The notes: a model not told the origin generated them from the letters alone. A stretch of DNA of 64,000 nucleotides from Polyangiaceae bacterium (GCA_965222375.1 CBDCTZ010000016.1:2048001-2112000); one strand, 5' to 3'; shown: positions 39,376 to 50,380, counted from the first letter of the stretch. Translations and numbers: made by a program.

Positions 39376-41371
39376 CCATGAAGTTCCGAACGAACCTCGC
39401 GCTCTGGGTCATGGCGGCAGGAATGTCGTAGATCACGAAGTGTCCGTCGGATGTTTTGGCGGGCTCCCACTGCGCCAGTACGCCGCTGGCCTTGCCATCT
39501 GCCAGATTGCCGGACAGCCCTCCCTTCGGGATCGTGACGGGCGCGAGGCTGGCGTCGAACTCAGCTTCGTAGACTGGATGGATCACGGGTTCCTGCGGCG
39601 GCAAGCCGAGGGCCACTGCTTGGGCCTCGATCCCCCGTGGGGTCGAGAAGTTGTCGCCAGAGCCGTCGGCGTTGACGCCCTCGGTCATCAATATGCTTTT
39701 TGGCGCGAAGCCGGAGCGAGGATTGCGGGTGATGTATGGGACGTAGTGAATGGGATCTGTCGGGTCCACGATGGTCTGGGCCAGGTTGAGCGCGGGGTGG
39801 AACTCGTCCAATTCGGCTTCTTCCTCCACAGCAAGTGCGAGAAAGACCTTTTTGACGAGCCCGGCGATGTTTAGGGGCTCGGTCTTTTCCAGCAGTGTGA
39901 TCATGATGACGCTTGCGGAGCCGCTCAACACGGCCCCTAGGGAACTGTCGTCAACTGCCAAGTACAACGGGCCATTCAGTCCGCCTTGGGAGTGACCGAA
40001 GAAGCCAAGCTTGGAAGCGTCGAAGCGGATCTCTTTGCCGCCGTAGGCAACGCTGGCGGGCACCGTGGCCTTCGAGACCGTGAACAAGCGAGCTTGCTGC
40101 ACCACGTCGATTGCCGACTGCGGGCCGTTGGCACGCGCCGCCACCAGGTTTTGCACGTTGAAGAAGAGCAAATCCGGGGTCCCGGCAGCGGCGCCAGGGC
40201 GAGTGCCGTGGAAGATCTGGTCGATGCCCATGGTGGCAATGCACTGCTTGGCCAAGGACTCTGCTTCGTCGCCAGCGCCGAGAAGCGAACGGTAGTTGCC
40301 ACCTGTGCCATGAGCGTAGAGCACGATTGGGTAACCACTCGCCGGGATCGGACACTTGGTTGGATCCGGCACGGCCAGGGTGAACCGCAGGTCGAATTCG
40401 CGCTGCAGCTCGGGCGTTCCGCTGTCGTCGAACGCAAGCGCGCCGCCATCCCCGTACTTGGCGAAGGGTATGCTTCCTTTCTGAAAATCCGGGGACGGCC
40501 CGTAGATGCCCTCGTAGACTTCCATCACGCCGGGGCGGTTGTCTTTTGGCCTGGTCTGCCAGCTGCTCAGCTGCACTGTGGGTGCCGGGTACTCCTTCAC
40601 CACCCAGTCCCGAAGCGCCTGGACCTCGGCGACAGGGTCATTGGTCGAATAGACGGCCAAGTGAACGATCGTCTCGCGGGGCACGCCGGCTGCTTCAATT
40701 GCTTTCACGTCTTCGGAAAGAGCCCTTCTTAGCTCCTGGGTGGCCTCGCCCGCCGGTCGTGCGCCAAGCACCTCACCTAGCTGTTGGGACGCTTCGACTC
40801 TTCCACCTGCCGCGGTGCGTATTCGATTCGTTACGACCAGCGCGTAGCGGTGCTCGGGCTTCAGCGGGTAGCCGAAGACGGGCAGGAAGGTCAGCGTGTT
40901 GTCCGGATAGTACAGCGCAGGGCTCGGAGCCAGCTGCACGCGAATCAGCTGCCGTTCGCCGTGCTCAGTGGCGCCGGGAGTGATGTCGATGAGTTGCACG
41001 CTGCTATTGGCATCCATCGCGTCGAGAGGGGTCGCTGGAAGCGAGTTCGGATTCAGAGCCGTCGTAAAGCGCAAGAAGCCGCCAGCAGCGGGTGAGAAAC
41101 CGGTGAGCAGCGACTGCATGGACTCCGTGAACTGGTCGAGCAGCGGTAGCTCGCGCGGATTCGGGAAGCCGGCGAACCTGACTGTTCCGTCAGCTCCTCG
41201 GCGGAAGTCGCTAGGCCAGGGGTGGTCGAAAAAACTTTCGTCTGCCAAGGCATCCAGCGTCGCCGGCACCACGTAGATGCTGTGGCCCGGGGGCGGTTCG
41301 TCCGACTCACCGTCGCCACAGCCCACGACCGAAAGTCCGAGCACCCCGATCAGCGCTAGCCAGCCCCGCAT
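39344..41371 (-). CDS. Lipoprotein alpha/beta hydrolase (lipase-like) with Ig-like N-terminus
   Basis: 'VVGC' lipobox; 'PWPSD', 'YAHGTGG', nucleophile 'GHSQG'. Confidence 0.8.
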   Translation of the reverse strand: MRGWLALIGVLGLSVVGCGDGESDEPPPGHSIYVVPATLDALADESFFDHPWPSDFRRGADGTVRFAGFPNPRELPLLDQFTESMQSLLTGFSPAAGGFLRFTTALNPNSLPATPLDAMDANSSVQLIDITPGATEHGERQLIRVQLAPSPALYYPDNTLTFLPVFGYPLKPEHRYALVVTNRIRTAAGGRVEASQQLGEVLGARPAGEATQELRRALSEDVKAIEAAGVPRETIVHLAVYSTNDPVAEVQALRDWVVKEYPAPTVQLSSWQTRPKDNRPGVMEVYEGIYGPSPDFQKGSIPFAKYGDGGALAFDDSGTPELQREFDLRFTLAVPDPTKCPIPASGYPIVLYAHGTGGNYRSLLGAGDEAESLAKQCIATMGIDQIFHGTRPGAAAGTPDLLFFNVQNLVAARANGPQSAIDVVQQARLFTVSKATVPASVAYGGKEIRFDASKLGFFGHSQGGLNGPLYLAVDDSSLGAVLSGSASVIMITLLEKTEPLNIAGLVKKVFLALAVEEEAELDEFHPALNLAQTIVDPTDPIHYVPYITRNPRSGFAPKSILMTEGVNADGSGDNFSTPRGIEAQAVALGLPPQEPVIHPVYEAEFDASLAPVTIPKGGLSGNLADGKASGVLAQWEPAKTSDGHFVIYDIPAAMTQSARFVRNFMDEPVGRVPAP

Positions 41372-41521
41372 CGCTCATAGTCCTAGCCGATCCGGCCCGC
41401 GGCCGCATGGTCCAGCCGGTTTTCGTTTCGGATCCGAGGGCCTGCGGGATCGGGATTGGCACGATTGACTCCGGACCACGCCCAGCCAAGACCTCCGACC
41501 CTACCTGCAAGGAGATACGAC

Positions 41522-42706
41522 ATGCGCATCGGTACACCGCTCAGTCCTTCGGCAACCAAAGTCATGTTTCTTGGAGCCGGTGAACTCGGCAAGGAGGTCG
41601 TGATCGAGTTGCAGCGCCTCGGCGTAGAGGTGGTCGCGGTAGATCGGTACCAAAACGCGCCGGGTCAGCAGGTCGCCCACCGCTCCCACGTCATCGACAT
41701 GACGGATGCGGAAAGCCTTCGGGCCCTCGTAGAACAAGAAAAGCCCGACTTGGTGGTCCCTGAGATCGAAGCCATCGCGACGGACGAGCTCTTGAAGATC
41801 GAAGCCGAAGGCGTGGCCAAGGTTATCCCCACCGCCAACGCTGCGCACATCACGATGAATCGTGAGCGCATCCGACGCCTGGCAGTCGAGTGCGGCTTGC
41901 CATCATCCGAACACGCCTTCTGTTCGTCCCTGGAGGAACTCGAAGCCGCCATCGACGGCGGTATCGGCGTGCCCTGCTTCGTCAAGCCGGTCATGTCGTC
42001 ATCCGGCAAGGGTCAGAGTCGGATCAAGCAGCGCGAAGGTGTCGCGGAAGCATGGGAGTACGCCATGGCCGCGGGGCGCGTGAAACAACCGCGCATCATC
42101 GTGGAAGCAGAAGTGAAGTTCGATTTCGAAATCACACTGCTCACGGTGCGTCATGCAGCGGGGACTTCGTTTTGCGAACCCATCGGTCATCGCCAGGTGG
42201 ATGGCGACTACGTGGAGTCCTGGCAGCCTCAGCCCATGAGCGCCTCCGCCCTCGAGAAAGCTCGGGGCATGGCCAAGAAAGTCACTGATCGGCTTGGAGG
42301 GTACGGCATCTTCGGCGTGGAGCTATTCGTTCGTGGGGATGAGGTCTGGTTCTCGGAGGTCAGTCCTCGGCCTCACGACACCGGTCTGGTGACGCTAGCG
42401 TCTCAGTTCCAGAGTGAGTTTGCTCTACATGCGCGGGCAATACTTGGCTTGCCCGTCGACACGACGTTGCATCACGCTGGGGCCAGCGCTGTCGTGTACG
42501 GTGGCGTTGATGCCGAGGGTATCGCTTTCGATGGCGTAGAGGCGGCACTCGCGGTCCCTGCTACGGAGCTCCGACTATTTGGCAAGCCCGAGTCCTTCAA
42601 GAAGCGCCGCATGGGCGTCGCCGTTTCCCGTGCGGAAGATCCCGATCAAGCGCTGGAGCGCGCTCGACGTGCCGCCGCATGCATCAAACCCAGCGCTGCT
42701 AGCTAG
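41522..42706 (+). CDS. purT: Formate-dependent phosphoribosylglycinamide formyltransferase
   Basis: '[24 protein letters not shown]', '[12 protein letters not shown]', '[10 protein letters not shown]', 'RRMGVA'. Confidence 0.97.
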   Translation: MRIGTPLSPSATKVMFLGAGELGKEVVIELQRLGVEVVAVDRYQNAPGQQVAHRSHVIDMTDAESLRALVEQEKPDLVVPEIEAIATDELLKIEAEGVAKVIPTANAAHITMNRERIRRLAVECGLPSSEHAFCSSLEELEAAIDGGIGVPCFVKPVMSSSGKGQSRIKQREGVAEAWEYAMAAGRVKQPRIIVEAEVKFDFEITLLTVRHAAGTSFCEPIGHRQVDGDYVESWQPQPMSASALEKARGMAKKVTDRLGGYGIFGVELFVRGDEVWFSEVSPRPHDTGLVTLASQFQSEFALHARAILGLPVDTTLHHAGASAVVYGGVDAEGIAFDGVEAALAVPATELRLFGKPESFKKRRMGVAVSRAEDPDQALERARRAAACIKPSAAS

Positions 42707-42721
42707 CCGGCTCGCGGCATT

Positions 42722-43165
42722 TCAGCCTTGGGGCCGCGCGGGCACCATGACGACCGGCACGGTGGCAGCTCGCAGCACGCCATCCGCTACGCTGCCCACG
42801 AGCAGGTCGTACAGCTTGCCGTGCCCATGGCTGCCGAGCACGATGAGCTCCGCGCCCAGTCGCTGGGCATGATCGAGGATCCGCTCCACGGCAACGCCCT
42901 GCACCATCAGTGGGCGAGCTCCCACGCCACGCTTGACGAGGTCTGCGACCTCTTCCTCCAATAGTCGATGCTCCCCTCGAAGGTGCTCGGCGACATTGTG
43001 CCGCACACTATCCGGACCCGCTTCGTAGCCGACGAAGTCTGGGGACGGGTCTGCGACGAACAGCACCACCAGTTCCAGCTTCGAGCTGGAGGCAAGGCGC
43101 GCAGCGCAGCTCAACACGTCGCTCGTTACTGGCGATAGATCAACCGCTGCAAGCACGATCCCCAC
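42722..43165 (-). CDS. Universal stress protein
   Basis: 'AAVDLS', 'LIVLGSHGHG..LVGSVADGVL..PV'. Confidence 0.9.
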   Translation of the reverse strand: MGIVLAAVDLSPVTSDVLSCAARLASSSKLELVVLFVADPSPDFVGYEAGPDSVRHNVAEHLRGEHRLLEEEVADLVKRGVGARPLMVQGVAVERILDHAQRLGAELIVLGSHGHGKLYDLLVGSVADGVLRAATVPVVMVPARPQG

Positions 43166-43247
43166 GCCGAGGAGCTAAGCATGCGAAGCCGAAGTGGGCG
43201 AGCGCACGATTTTCGCCCGCTGCGGACTGGGGGAGTGGTGGGCCGAC

Positions 43248-44477
43248 TCAGCGCGGCACAGGCGTGGTGCTAGAGCCCGTGGCCTCGTCCGCCGAGAACT
43301 GGAATTTGTCGATGAGAACTGTGGAATCCAAGATCTCGTCACCCATATCCCAGATCGCGAATCGCAGCGTGATCACACTGCCGGGCGTCACGGGCGAAAC
43401 CGTCTCCAGCCAGCCAGTTGCGGCATGACCTTCGAAGCCCGTGCCCTGAAGCTGGCCGGTGCCCAAGCTGCAGGGGAAGTTCTTTCCGCCCGCATTCTGG
43501 GGTGAGCATACCTCCAGGAATCCGTTGTTCACGCTGACTGGATTGCCCTGGGTATCGAAGGAGATGTTGCTATCCACAGCATTCGGAGGCGCCGGATTCT
43601 GCAGCGCGATGAAGAAGTCGTTGTAGATTTTGCAAACGAATACCGGGAACTCGAAAGTGTAGAAGTTGAACAGATACTTGAAGCTCTTGGCGTTGGTTGG
43701 AACGCGGATCTTGAGCTCCAGCCCAACCGGATTGTAAGTGGTCTTGTCGTTGGCGGTTTGAATGCTGCAGGCGCTGGAGTCTTTGGGGAAGCCAGCGGGT
43801 GCAAACCCGGTGATGCCCGTATCGTATCCGCCTGGACTCTGGTAGCCGGCGTCGGAAGGCTGACGCGCGGTGCCACTCGAGAGCACGAACAGGCGCATGC
43901 CCTCCTGCGGCTTCACGTTCGGGCCGAAGCCATCCAGCATGCCGTGGCTGATGTCGTTGATGCCGGGGGTGCCGTCGGCCTTGACGTATTTGGCTTCGAG
44001 CACTCCCCAGTTCACCTCCCCGGGGGTGGTGAAGTTGCAGATGCCCATGGCCCTGGCGGCATCCTGGGGGTTCGCGGTCGCGATATCCGTAATGAAGTTG
44101 TCACAGGAAGCGGGCGTGTCGTCGGGCGTGTTGTTGCAATCTTCGTCAACGCCGTTACCGGGCACATCGTAGGCGCCCGGGTTGGCATTCGCGTCGCAGT
44201 CGTTGCAGTCCCCGTTGGACATCGTGTAGCCGTCCGCGTCGGTGTCGTCGTTAGGGCCCGAAGTGCAGTTGACCGGGGCGTTGCCACCCCCACCACCGCC
44301 ACCGACGCCAATGATCGCGCCGCCGCCGCCCGAGCCCGAGCTTGCGCCGCCTCCAACGACACCGCCGGTAGCGCCACCGCCCTGCAGCGGGCTTCCGCCG
44401 CCGCCCGTAGACGAGCAAGCCGTGGCCAGCAGCCCGACTCCAAACCCAAGACAGATCAATCCAATCGCCCGATTCAT
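43248..44477 (-). CDS. Lipoprotein with a putative metal-binding repeat and choice-of-anchor-L-like domain
   Basis: 'LATAC'; 'DADGY..DCND..PGA..NGVDEDC'; 'LSSG', 'EFP..YND', 'FAIWD..DSTV'. Confidence 0.75.
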   Translation of the reverse strand: MNRAIGLICLGFGVGLLATACSSTGGGGSPLQGGGATGGVVGGGASSGSGGGGAIIGVGGGGGGGNAPVNCTSGPNDDTDADGYTMSNGDCNDCDANANPGAYDVPGNGVDEDCNNTPDDTPASCDNFITDIATANPQDAARAMGICNFTTPGEVNWGVLEAKYVKADGTPGINDISHGMLDGFGPNVKPQEGMRLFVLSSGTARQPSDAGYQSPGGYDTGITGFAPAGFPKDSSACSIQTANDKTTYNPVGLELKIRVPTNAKSFKYLFNFYTFEFPVFVCKIYNDFFIALQNPAPPNAVDSNISFDTQGNPVSVNNGFLEVCSPQNAGGKNFPCSLGTGQLQGTGFEGHAATGWLETVSPVTPGSVITLRFAIWDMGDEILDSTVLIDKFQFSADEATGSSTTPVPR

Positions 44478-46126
44478 GGCGTGCCTCCAGACCTGAGATT
44501 CTGGACGACTACGCGCCTCCCGTCGAGGCATTTGCCGGGAACCACTGCATTCGGTTGGCTTCTGCGCCGACGCAGCCAAGCGATCGCGCCGGCTAGGCCG
44601 AGCCAGAGCAGGTTGGACCCTGGCGATTTGTTCACGGTCCGACAGCCGCAGCCGCTGTCAACGTCCGAATCGCCGCTCGCGGCGCCTCCGCTGCCCGTCG
44701 AAGCGCCCGTGCCAGTCGAGGCTCCAGTGCCCGTCGCGCCACCAGGTCCAACGCCCGCGGTTCCGCCGTTGGCACCCGTGCCTGGCGCCGCACCCGTGCC
44801 GGGCGAGCCGCCGCTCCCAGGTGTGCCTCCAGTGCCGGGCACGCCGCCGCCGCCAGGCGAATCCTTGAAGCCAGGCCCCACGGGCGGCTTGGGGTTGCCG
44901 CCCGTGTCGTACTTATATGCGCCGACGTCAGCGACTCCGCCGCGCTGCGTCCCGTTGTAGTCGTCCTTCTCCACGTAGGTCGGGTCGCCCGCGCCAATCA
45001 GCTTGCCGCCCGCCTTTGGGTACACGTTCATCTTGTTCGAGTAGTCGGCGTCGACGAAGTCGCTGGCGATGTTGCCGCTGCTGTCAAAGCCACCGCTCAC
45101 GCCCTCCAGGCCGCCCTTGCCCACGTTGCCCTTGACCGTGCCTTGGCCACCGCTCAGCCGGATAGCATAGCTGTTCTGGCTGTAAATTGCGTTGTTCGCG
45201 ATCACGATCTTGCCGGCGATGTGCTGGACGCGAATTCCGGTGCCGGTGTTGATGATCGTGTTGTGCACGATGGTCAGATCCTTGACCTGATTCTGTTGGT
45301 GATTGCGGCTGTGAATGGCGTCGCCTCCGGCGCCGAGAATGATGTTGTTGCGGATGATCGCATCGGCTTCGGCTTGCATGCCATTGTCCGAGCAATTCCA
45401 CATCGCGTTGCGCTCGATCAGGTTCACGGCCTTCCCCGCGGAGCCATACACGATCAAGCAAGGGTACTTGGTGTCGTGAATGACGTTGTCGCGAATGATG
45501 TTGTTGTAGCTGCCTTGCTTGAGCTCGATGCCGTCCCCCTGGTTGCTTGAACCCATGGGCATGTCGTGGATGTAGTTGCCCTCCACCAAACTGTCGAACA
45601 TCTGGCATTTATTGTCGTTGCAACCCAGGTACATGCCTTCGCCGGTGCCATTGGTGTGGTGGATGTGATTCCGGCGAATGGTGAGGCCCTCGTACGTGCT
45701 GCCACCGACGTTCGCGGAGAGCCCGACATCTCCCGTGTCGTGGATGTGGCAGTCCTCGACGGTAACGAAGTCCGAGTCGTTGATGCGAATGCCGTGGGAG
45801 CCCTTGGATATCTCTAGTCCGCTCAAGACGATGTACTCGGTCTTGTCTACGTTGAGCACGTTTTGATTGGCGTTCTGAACGATGTGCGCGGTCTCGCCGG
45901 CCTTGGAGCGGATCGTGATCGGCATTGCCGCGGTGCCTTTGGCGGTGACGCCGACCCGCGAGTTGAGCGCATAGGTGCCGCCTTTCAGCACCAGTTCATC
46001 CCCGGCTTTCAGCTTGCCTATCTCGGCTTTCAGGTCCGCGCTGGGCCCTATCTCGATGGTGGCGGCCATGGCTGGCGCGCTCAGAGACATCAGCGATAGT
46101 ACACTCGCAATGATCGGTCGCTTCAT
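44474..46126 (-). CDS. Right-handed beta-helix protein with MYXO-CTERM sorting signal
   Basis: 'N.IHD/H' beta-helix repeats; 'SGCGCRTV..LWLGLAGAIAWLRRRR'. Confidence 0.85.
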   Translation of the reverse strand: MKRPIIASVLSLMSLSAPAMAATIEIGPSADLKAEIGKLKAGDELVLKGGTYALNSRVGVTAKGTAAMPITIRSKAGETAHIVQNANQNVLNVDKTEYIVLSGLEISKGSHGIRINDSDFVTVEDCHIHDTGDVGLSANVGGSTYEGLTIRRNHIHHTNGTGEGMYLGCNDNKCQMFDSLVEGNYIHDMPMGSSNQGDGIELKQGSYNNIIRDNVIHDTKYPCLIVYGSAGKAVNLIERNAMWNCSDNGMQAEADAIIRNNIILGAGGDAIHSRNHQQNQVKDLTIVHNTIINTGTGIRVQHIAGKIVIANNAIYSQNSYAIRLSGGQGTVKGNVGKGGLEGVSGGFDSSGNIASDFVDADYSNKMNVYPKAGGKLIGAGDPTYVEKDDYNGTQRGGVADVGAYKYDTGGNPKPPVGPGFKDSPGGGGVPGTGGTPGSGGSPGTGAAPGTGANGGTAGVGPGGATGTGASTGTGASTGSGGAASGDSDVDSGCGCRTVNKSPGSNLLWLGLAGAIAWLRRRRSQPNAVVPGKCLDGRRVVVQNLRSGGTP

Positions 46127-46270
46127 GATCCGTCCTCCAGGCCAACCTAGAGGATAGCAGTCTGGCGCGCTTTGGGTCCGGATTTGACGGGTAAGTGGAG
46201 GCCACGGCGCCGCGTCGCGTCAGCGCAACTGCTTTCCGGTTGGAAAGTGCGCGCTGGGCAGCTCCCGCTG

Positions 46271-46555
46271 CTAGTTCATGTCGATCGCGTGCCGCTTCAA
46301 ATCCGCAAGTTGCACTATCTCCAGAGCCCGCTCGTGGGTCGCAGTCAGTACGACGAGAGGAGCCTTTTCGGCTTCGAAGGCTTCTTGCCAGCGCGCTGCG
46401 CACAGACACCAGCGGTCCCCAGCCTTCAGACCCGGGAAGCCAAACTGTGGCATCGGCGTGCTGAGATCATTGCCCCGCGCTTTTGAGAAACGCAGGAAGT
46501 CTGCCGTCATGACGGCGCAAACCGTGTGGGAACCCACGTCCTCGTCACTGGTGAA
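46271..46555 (-). pseudogene. DUF2237-family gene, 3' part only
   Basis: 'HTVCAVMT.DFL.FSK.RGNDLSTP.P.FGFPGLK.GDRWCLCAARW'; the usual N-terminus is replaced by the SDR end. Confidence 0.75.
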
Positions 46556-46556
46556 T

Positions 46557-47462
46557 TCAAGTCGCGTTGTGAGCGCTGAGCGCTGGCGTCGGGGTCTTGG
46601 GAGGAAGCGCCCGGGCGTGCTGCAGCCCCAACATGCGGCGTTTGGCGAAGTCGATCAGCGCTTCCGGGATCAGCTTGTAGAGAAAGACGAAGAGGCGGCC
46701 CGTCAGCGGCATGATGTAGCGGCTGCGAGCTCTGCGAGCGAAGATGGCGTGCTCGATGGCGCGAGCCACACACTCCGGGCTCACGGATTGTGCGTCGGTC
46801 TGCTTCTTCATTTCTTGAGCGCGCTCGTAGACCGCAGCGAAAGGGGAGCTCGCGTCGCTGTATCGGTCGACGTGGCTCATGGTCGTTTCCGCGAACTCCG
46901 TCTTGATCGGCCCGGGTTCGATCACCGAGACTTGAATGCCGAAGCCCGCAAGCTCCAGGCGCAAAGCATCGGAAATCGCCTCCACGGCATGCTTGGAGGC
47001 GGTGTAGGCTCCGAACATCGGGAACGCGATCAGACCGCCAATGCTGCTGACGTTGATGACGCGACCCGAGCCACGCTTCATCATCGCCGGCACGAATGCA
47101 CGAGTGACGGCCATCAAGCCGAACACATTGGTCTCGAATTGGTGCCGCATGTCGGCGTCGGTCGTCTCGATCATCGGCGCGGCCATTCCGTAGCCGGCGT
47201 TGTTGATCAGAACGTCGATGCCGCGCCCTCCGGTGAGCTCGTCGACCTGCTCCGCCACTTCTCGGATCGACTCAGCGTTCGTAACGTCGAGACGGAGCCC
47301 GTGCAGGTCGTGATCTCCTGCCTCTTGTGCGAGGGACACCAGGCGCTCCTCCCGTCGACCCGTCGCGATGACCTTGAGCCCGCGCTCGGCCAGTCTCAAC
47401 GCCACGAGCCGACCAATGCCCGCGGTTGCCCCTGTGACCAGAACTGTGCGTTGTGTCGTCAT
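46557..47462 (-). CDS. Short-chain dehydrogenase/reductase
   Basis: 'TGATAGIG', 'NNAG', 'YTASK', 'EPG'; RBS GAGG. Confidence 0.93.
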   Translation of the reverse strand: MTTQRTVLVTGATAGIGRLVALRLAERGLKVIATGRREERLVSLAQEAGDHDLHGLRLDVTNAESIREVAEQVDELTGGRGIDVLINNAGYGMAAPMIETTDADMRHQFETNVFGLMAVTRAFVPAMMKRGSGRVINVSSIGGLIAFPMFGAYTASKHAVEAISDALRLELAGFGIQVSVIEPGPIKTEFAETTMSHVDRYSDASSPFAAVYERAQEMKKQTDAQSVSPECVARAIEHAIFARRARSRYIMPLTGRLFVFLYKLIPEALIDFAKRRMLGLQHARALPPKTPTPALSAHNAT

Positions 47463-47476
47463 TGTTGACCTCGATT

Positions 47477-47625
47477 GAATGAACATTCATTCTGTTTATG
47501 GTTGAGCAGGTTGATTGAGGGCCGGGTTTGTCCCGAAACGGCCGTCCTGATGCCCCGCTGCCTCTAGACCGATACCTGGGTTCTGAAAACGGAGTGAATG
47601 TTCATTCTGTTCGTCGGTCTGTCAA
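47477..47625 (-). promoter_or_regulatory. Two TetR-type palindromic operators and a sigma-70 -35 box upstream of the SDR
   Basis: GAATGAACATTCATTC (47477-47492); GAGTGAATGTTCATTC (47592-47607); TTGACA on the minus strand at 47620-47625. Confidence 0.65.
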
Positions 47626-47839
47626 GGGGACGTCTGCGTTTCTGAGAAAAACTCTTGATTTCAGGTGTTTAGCCTCCGCCCGTTGGGTATCGCGACGTCG
47701 GGGTGCTCATCGGTCGGCCGCAGCAACCCGATCTGACGGGGACCGGTGGCGCTTGGTGGCAGAGCAGTGCCCCAATCTCGATGTGTATTGGCGCAAAGGG
47801 CCGGAGTTGGCTGCCGCCCCTGGTACGTTGGTTCGAGGA

Positions 47840-48337
47840 ATGGGAGCGGTGCCAGAAGACGAAACCAAGATCCCGTCGCGCAACTCCTGGATCGGCCCGA
47901 CCATCGTCGCCGTGGTCTTGATCCTGGGTGGCATGCTGTTCTTCTACCTGCGGTCCGCTTCGAAGAGCGAAGTGAGCGGCTCGCTAGCCGTCGACGGTGC
48001 GTCTTTCAAACCGCTGCGCTGCCGCTCTGGCAAGCTTGGCGAGGACGCTCCAAAGGACCGACCCGAGTTCCACGGGATCGACCTGCTCAGAGCCAGCGAC
48101 CGCGGGCCCAGTGTTCGGGTTTTGGAAGATCCCACTGCTGGCATGCGGGTGCTGCTCATGAAACCCGGTGCAGAGCACCGCTTGGTGGAACGCGCGGCCT
48201 GCAAGCGCTTCGAAGTCAAACTACGCAAGACCGGCAGCCTGATCATGGATGTTTGGGGCATGGAGGGCTCCGTCGATCTAGACTGCCCAGACGTGAAGGG
48301 GAAGGTCACCTTCACGAGTTGTTATGGCGGGCGTTGA
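47840..48337 (+). CDS. Hypothetical membrane-anchored protein
   Basis: N-terminal TM helix; Cys-containing beta domain. Confidence 0.65.
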   Translation: MGAVPEDETKIPSRNSWIGPTIVAVVLILGGMLFFYLRSASKSEVSGSLAVDGASFKPLRCRSGKLGEDAPKDRPEFHGIDLLRASDRGPSVRVLEDPTAGMRVLLMKPGAEHRLVERAACKRFEVKLRKTGSLIMDVWGMEGSVDLDCPDVKGKVTFTSCYGGR

Positions 48338-48581
48338 GCGCGCCGCGGAGGCGGTGAGCGGAAGTAGCCTCGCGGACCCGGCCTCGCGGATGTATTCTTT
48401 CGCCATGCTCCTGAATCGCTTCCGTGGCAGGAGTAGGGCTGACGCTCCTCTTGGCAGGCTGCACTTCGAAACAACGTGAACCCAATACCGGGTCCGTTCT
48501 TCATGATCGGCGACAGTGTTGACAAGCCTGACGCCGCATTCGATGACCTCAAACTCTGCGACGAAGTGGTTGCGCATTGAG

Positions 48582-48740
48582 TCACTCTGGACACATGAAC
48601 TTCACTGCCTGGGGCACCACTGTGAAGCGAGCCGGCCTGGTGCCGACCAGGTCGCCATCAACTTCAACCGGCGATGGGGGGTCGCTGCCGACTTCGATGC
48701 TGCGGGTCCGAAAGTACGATACCTCAGGCTCGCGCACCTG
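48582..48740 (-). pseudogene. Diacylglycerol/lipid kinase (YegS-like) 3' fragment
   Basis: 'VSYFRTRSIEV..PVEVDGDLVGTRPARFTVVPQAV'. Confidence 0.65.
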
Positions 48741-49116
48741 AGCCTCAGTGGGATCTTGGGAAACAGCTGCGTGAGTATAATCAACGCTCCGCCGCATCCG
48801 CTCGCGGGTCGGGTCGTGGTAAAGATCCAGAGGCGGGGGGGGCCTCGATGCAGATAGACAAGGGGACGTTCTTCATTCTCGTCGGCACGATCGCAGCATC
48901 CGGTGCCGGCGGGTGGTTTGCTCGGGACAAGCTGCCTGCACGGCTGCGAAGCTCGATGACTTTGCACGCGCGGGTGACGAGCGACGAATTGGGACCCGCC
49001 GCCCGCACCACCCGCCGCTGACCGCATTCACCCAGATGCGGCGGCCGCTCGCGCGGCAGGGGAAGTAAGGGACCCACGGCAGTGTGCTGCGACGGTCGCC
49101 GGTGCGGGCTCGACCT

Positions 49117-50361
49117 CTACTTCGACATCGGCGCGTCCGTCGGGGGCCTCGACGGGACGATCGGGTATTCGAGGAAATAGACGCGGCGTCTGTCGGACGG
49201 CAGCACCTTTACGGTGACTCGTGCCGCAGGCGCACTGCGCTCACGCAAGGCTCCCTCCAGCACCTTCGCGCGAGCCCTGGCCATCTTCTCCTTGTCCGCT
49301 TGCTCTCGGTAATCAAAGTGCACACGGACCTCAGCGCGCCGCGTGGTTTGCTCTTTCAAGTACGACACCACTTCGTCCAAAACCTTGCCCGCCTGAGGTG
49401 ACAGCTTCGTGCTGAGCCGCGGAAACGTGAGCGTAAGAGCCTCCCAACGATCATCGATCTTCCGCGAGATCGGCTGGCCACAGTCGCGTGCGTTTACTTC
49501 CCAGGTGCCCTGGCGACACCGCCAATTCTGACACAGGTTGAGGCGCGGAAGCGTTGTGCCATCACCAAACCAGACGCCGCCCAGAAAGCAGCTCCTTCGC
49601 GAGTCCGTCTGGCAGTACGCACGGCCCTTCGCGCAACCACAAACGGCTGCGCCCATGGGAAACGCCTCGCTGGCGTCACTCCTGCCCTCGCATTGCACCT
49701 GCGTCTCGAGCTCCGCTGTGGGATCGCAAAGGTGCGGCTCGTGCAGCGCAAGGTAAACTCTGGTGTCGGTGGCTTGCACTGCCAACCTGCCTCGTATCAC
49801 CACTTCGCCCAGCTCGAACCCGCAGCACCCGCGAGATTCGTCCCCGCGACATCGGAACGCGTTCGGGAGTCCAGCCGCCACCAGCCGTATCGCCGGGCGC
49901 TGCGCCTCCGGGGGATTGGCCCAAGCGTAAAGGACGAGCGGCCCCTTTGATCTATTGCAGCACTCCCACCCGCAACCCAACGTCGTCACAGCACCCCCCG
50001 ATCCTAGGTGTCCACGTACGAGCACCTGTTTGCCGTCTAGCGTGGTTGCCCGGGCGTGCAGTTCTTCAACACGCAGAGCATTGAGCTTCGTGTTGCACGG
50101 CGGCAACCGGACACCTTTGTGCGCACACCCCCTGTCCACCAAGCAGCTGCCAGGGACGTGTGGATTCGCGCCTTCTTCGAAAGTGGAATCAGCAGCGCTG
50201 GCCCAGCTACGTGTGTCGATGGCGTCCGGCGATGCATCTGGTGTTTGGGGAGAGGCCGATTCCGGAGCGCCGCTCGGAGCAGCCAGTGGGGATGGGGTGC
50301 AGTTGATGCACGTCCAACACACTGCGAACTGCGCGGCAGCGACCCAAAGCCAGCGGCTCAT
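49117..50361 (-). CDS. Cys-rich exported protein with an OmpA-like C-terminal domain
   Basis: 'LTFPRLSTKLSPQAGKVLDEVVSYL..VRVHFD..ARAKV..RRV'. Confidence 0.6.
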   Translation of the reverse strand: MSRWLWVAAAQFAVCWTCINCTPSPLAAPSGAPESASPQTPDASPDAIDTRSWASAADSTFEEGANPHVPGSCLVDRGCAHKGVRLPPCNTKLNALRVEELHARATTLDGKQVLVRGHLGSGGAVTTLGCGWECCNRSKGPLVLYAWANPPEAQRPAIRLVAAGLPNAFRCRGDESRGCCGFELGEVVIRGRLAVQATDTRVYLALHEPHLCDPTAELETQVQCEGRSDASEAFPMGAAVCGCAKGRAYCQTDSRRSCFLGGVWFGDGTTLPRLNLCQNWRCRQGTWEVNARDCGQPISRKIDDRWEALTLTFPRLSTKLSPQAGKVLDEVVSYLKEQTTRRAEVRVHFDYREQADKEKMARARAKVLEGALRERSAPAARVTVKVLPSDRRRVYFLEYPIVPSRPPTDAPMSK

Positions 50362-50380
50362 GATTGAGCCTACCCCCGCC

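Noticed and set aside
46278..47468. 396-aa plus-strand ORF (likewise 43758-44960, 56141-57706 and 407-1579)
   Set aside because: Antisense shadows of well-supported genes in GC-rich DNA
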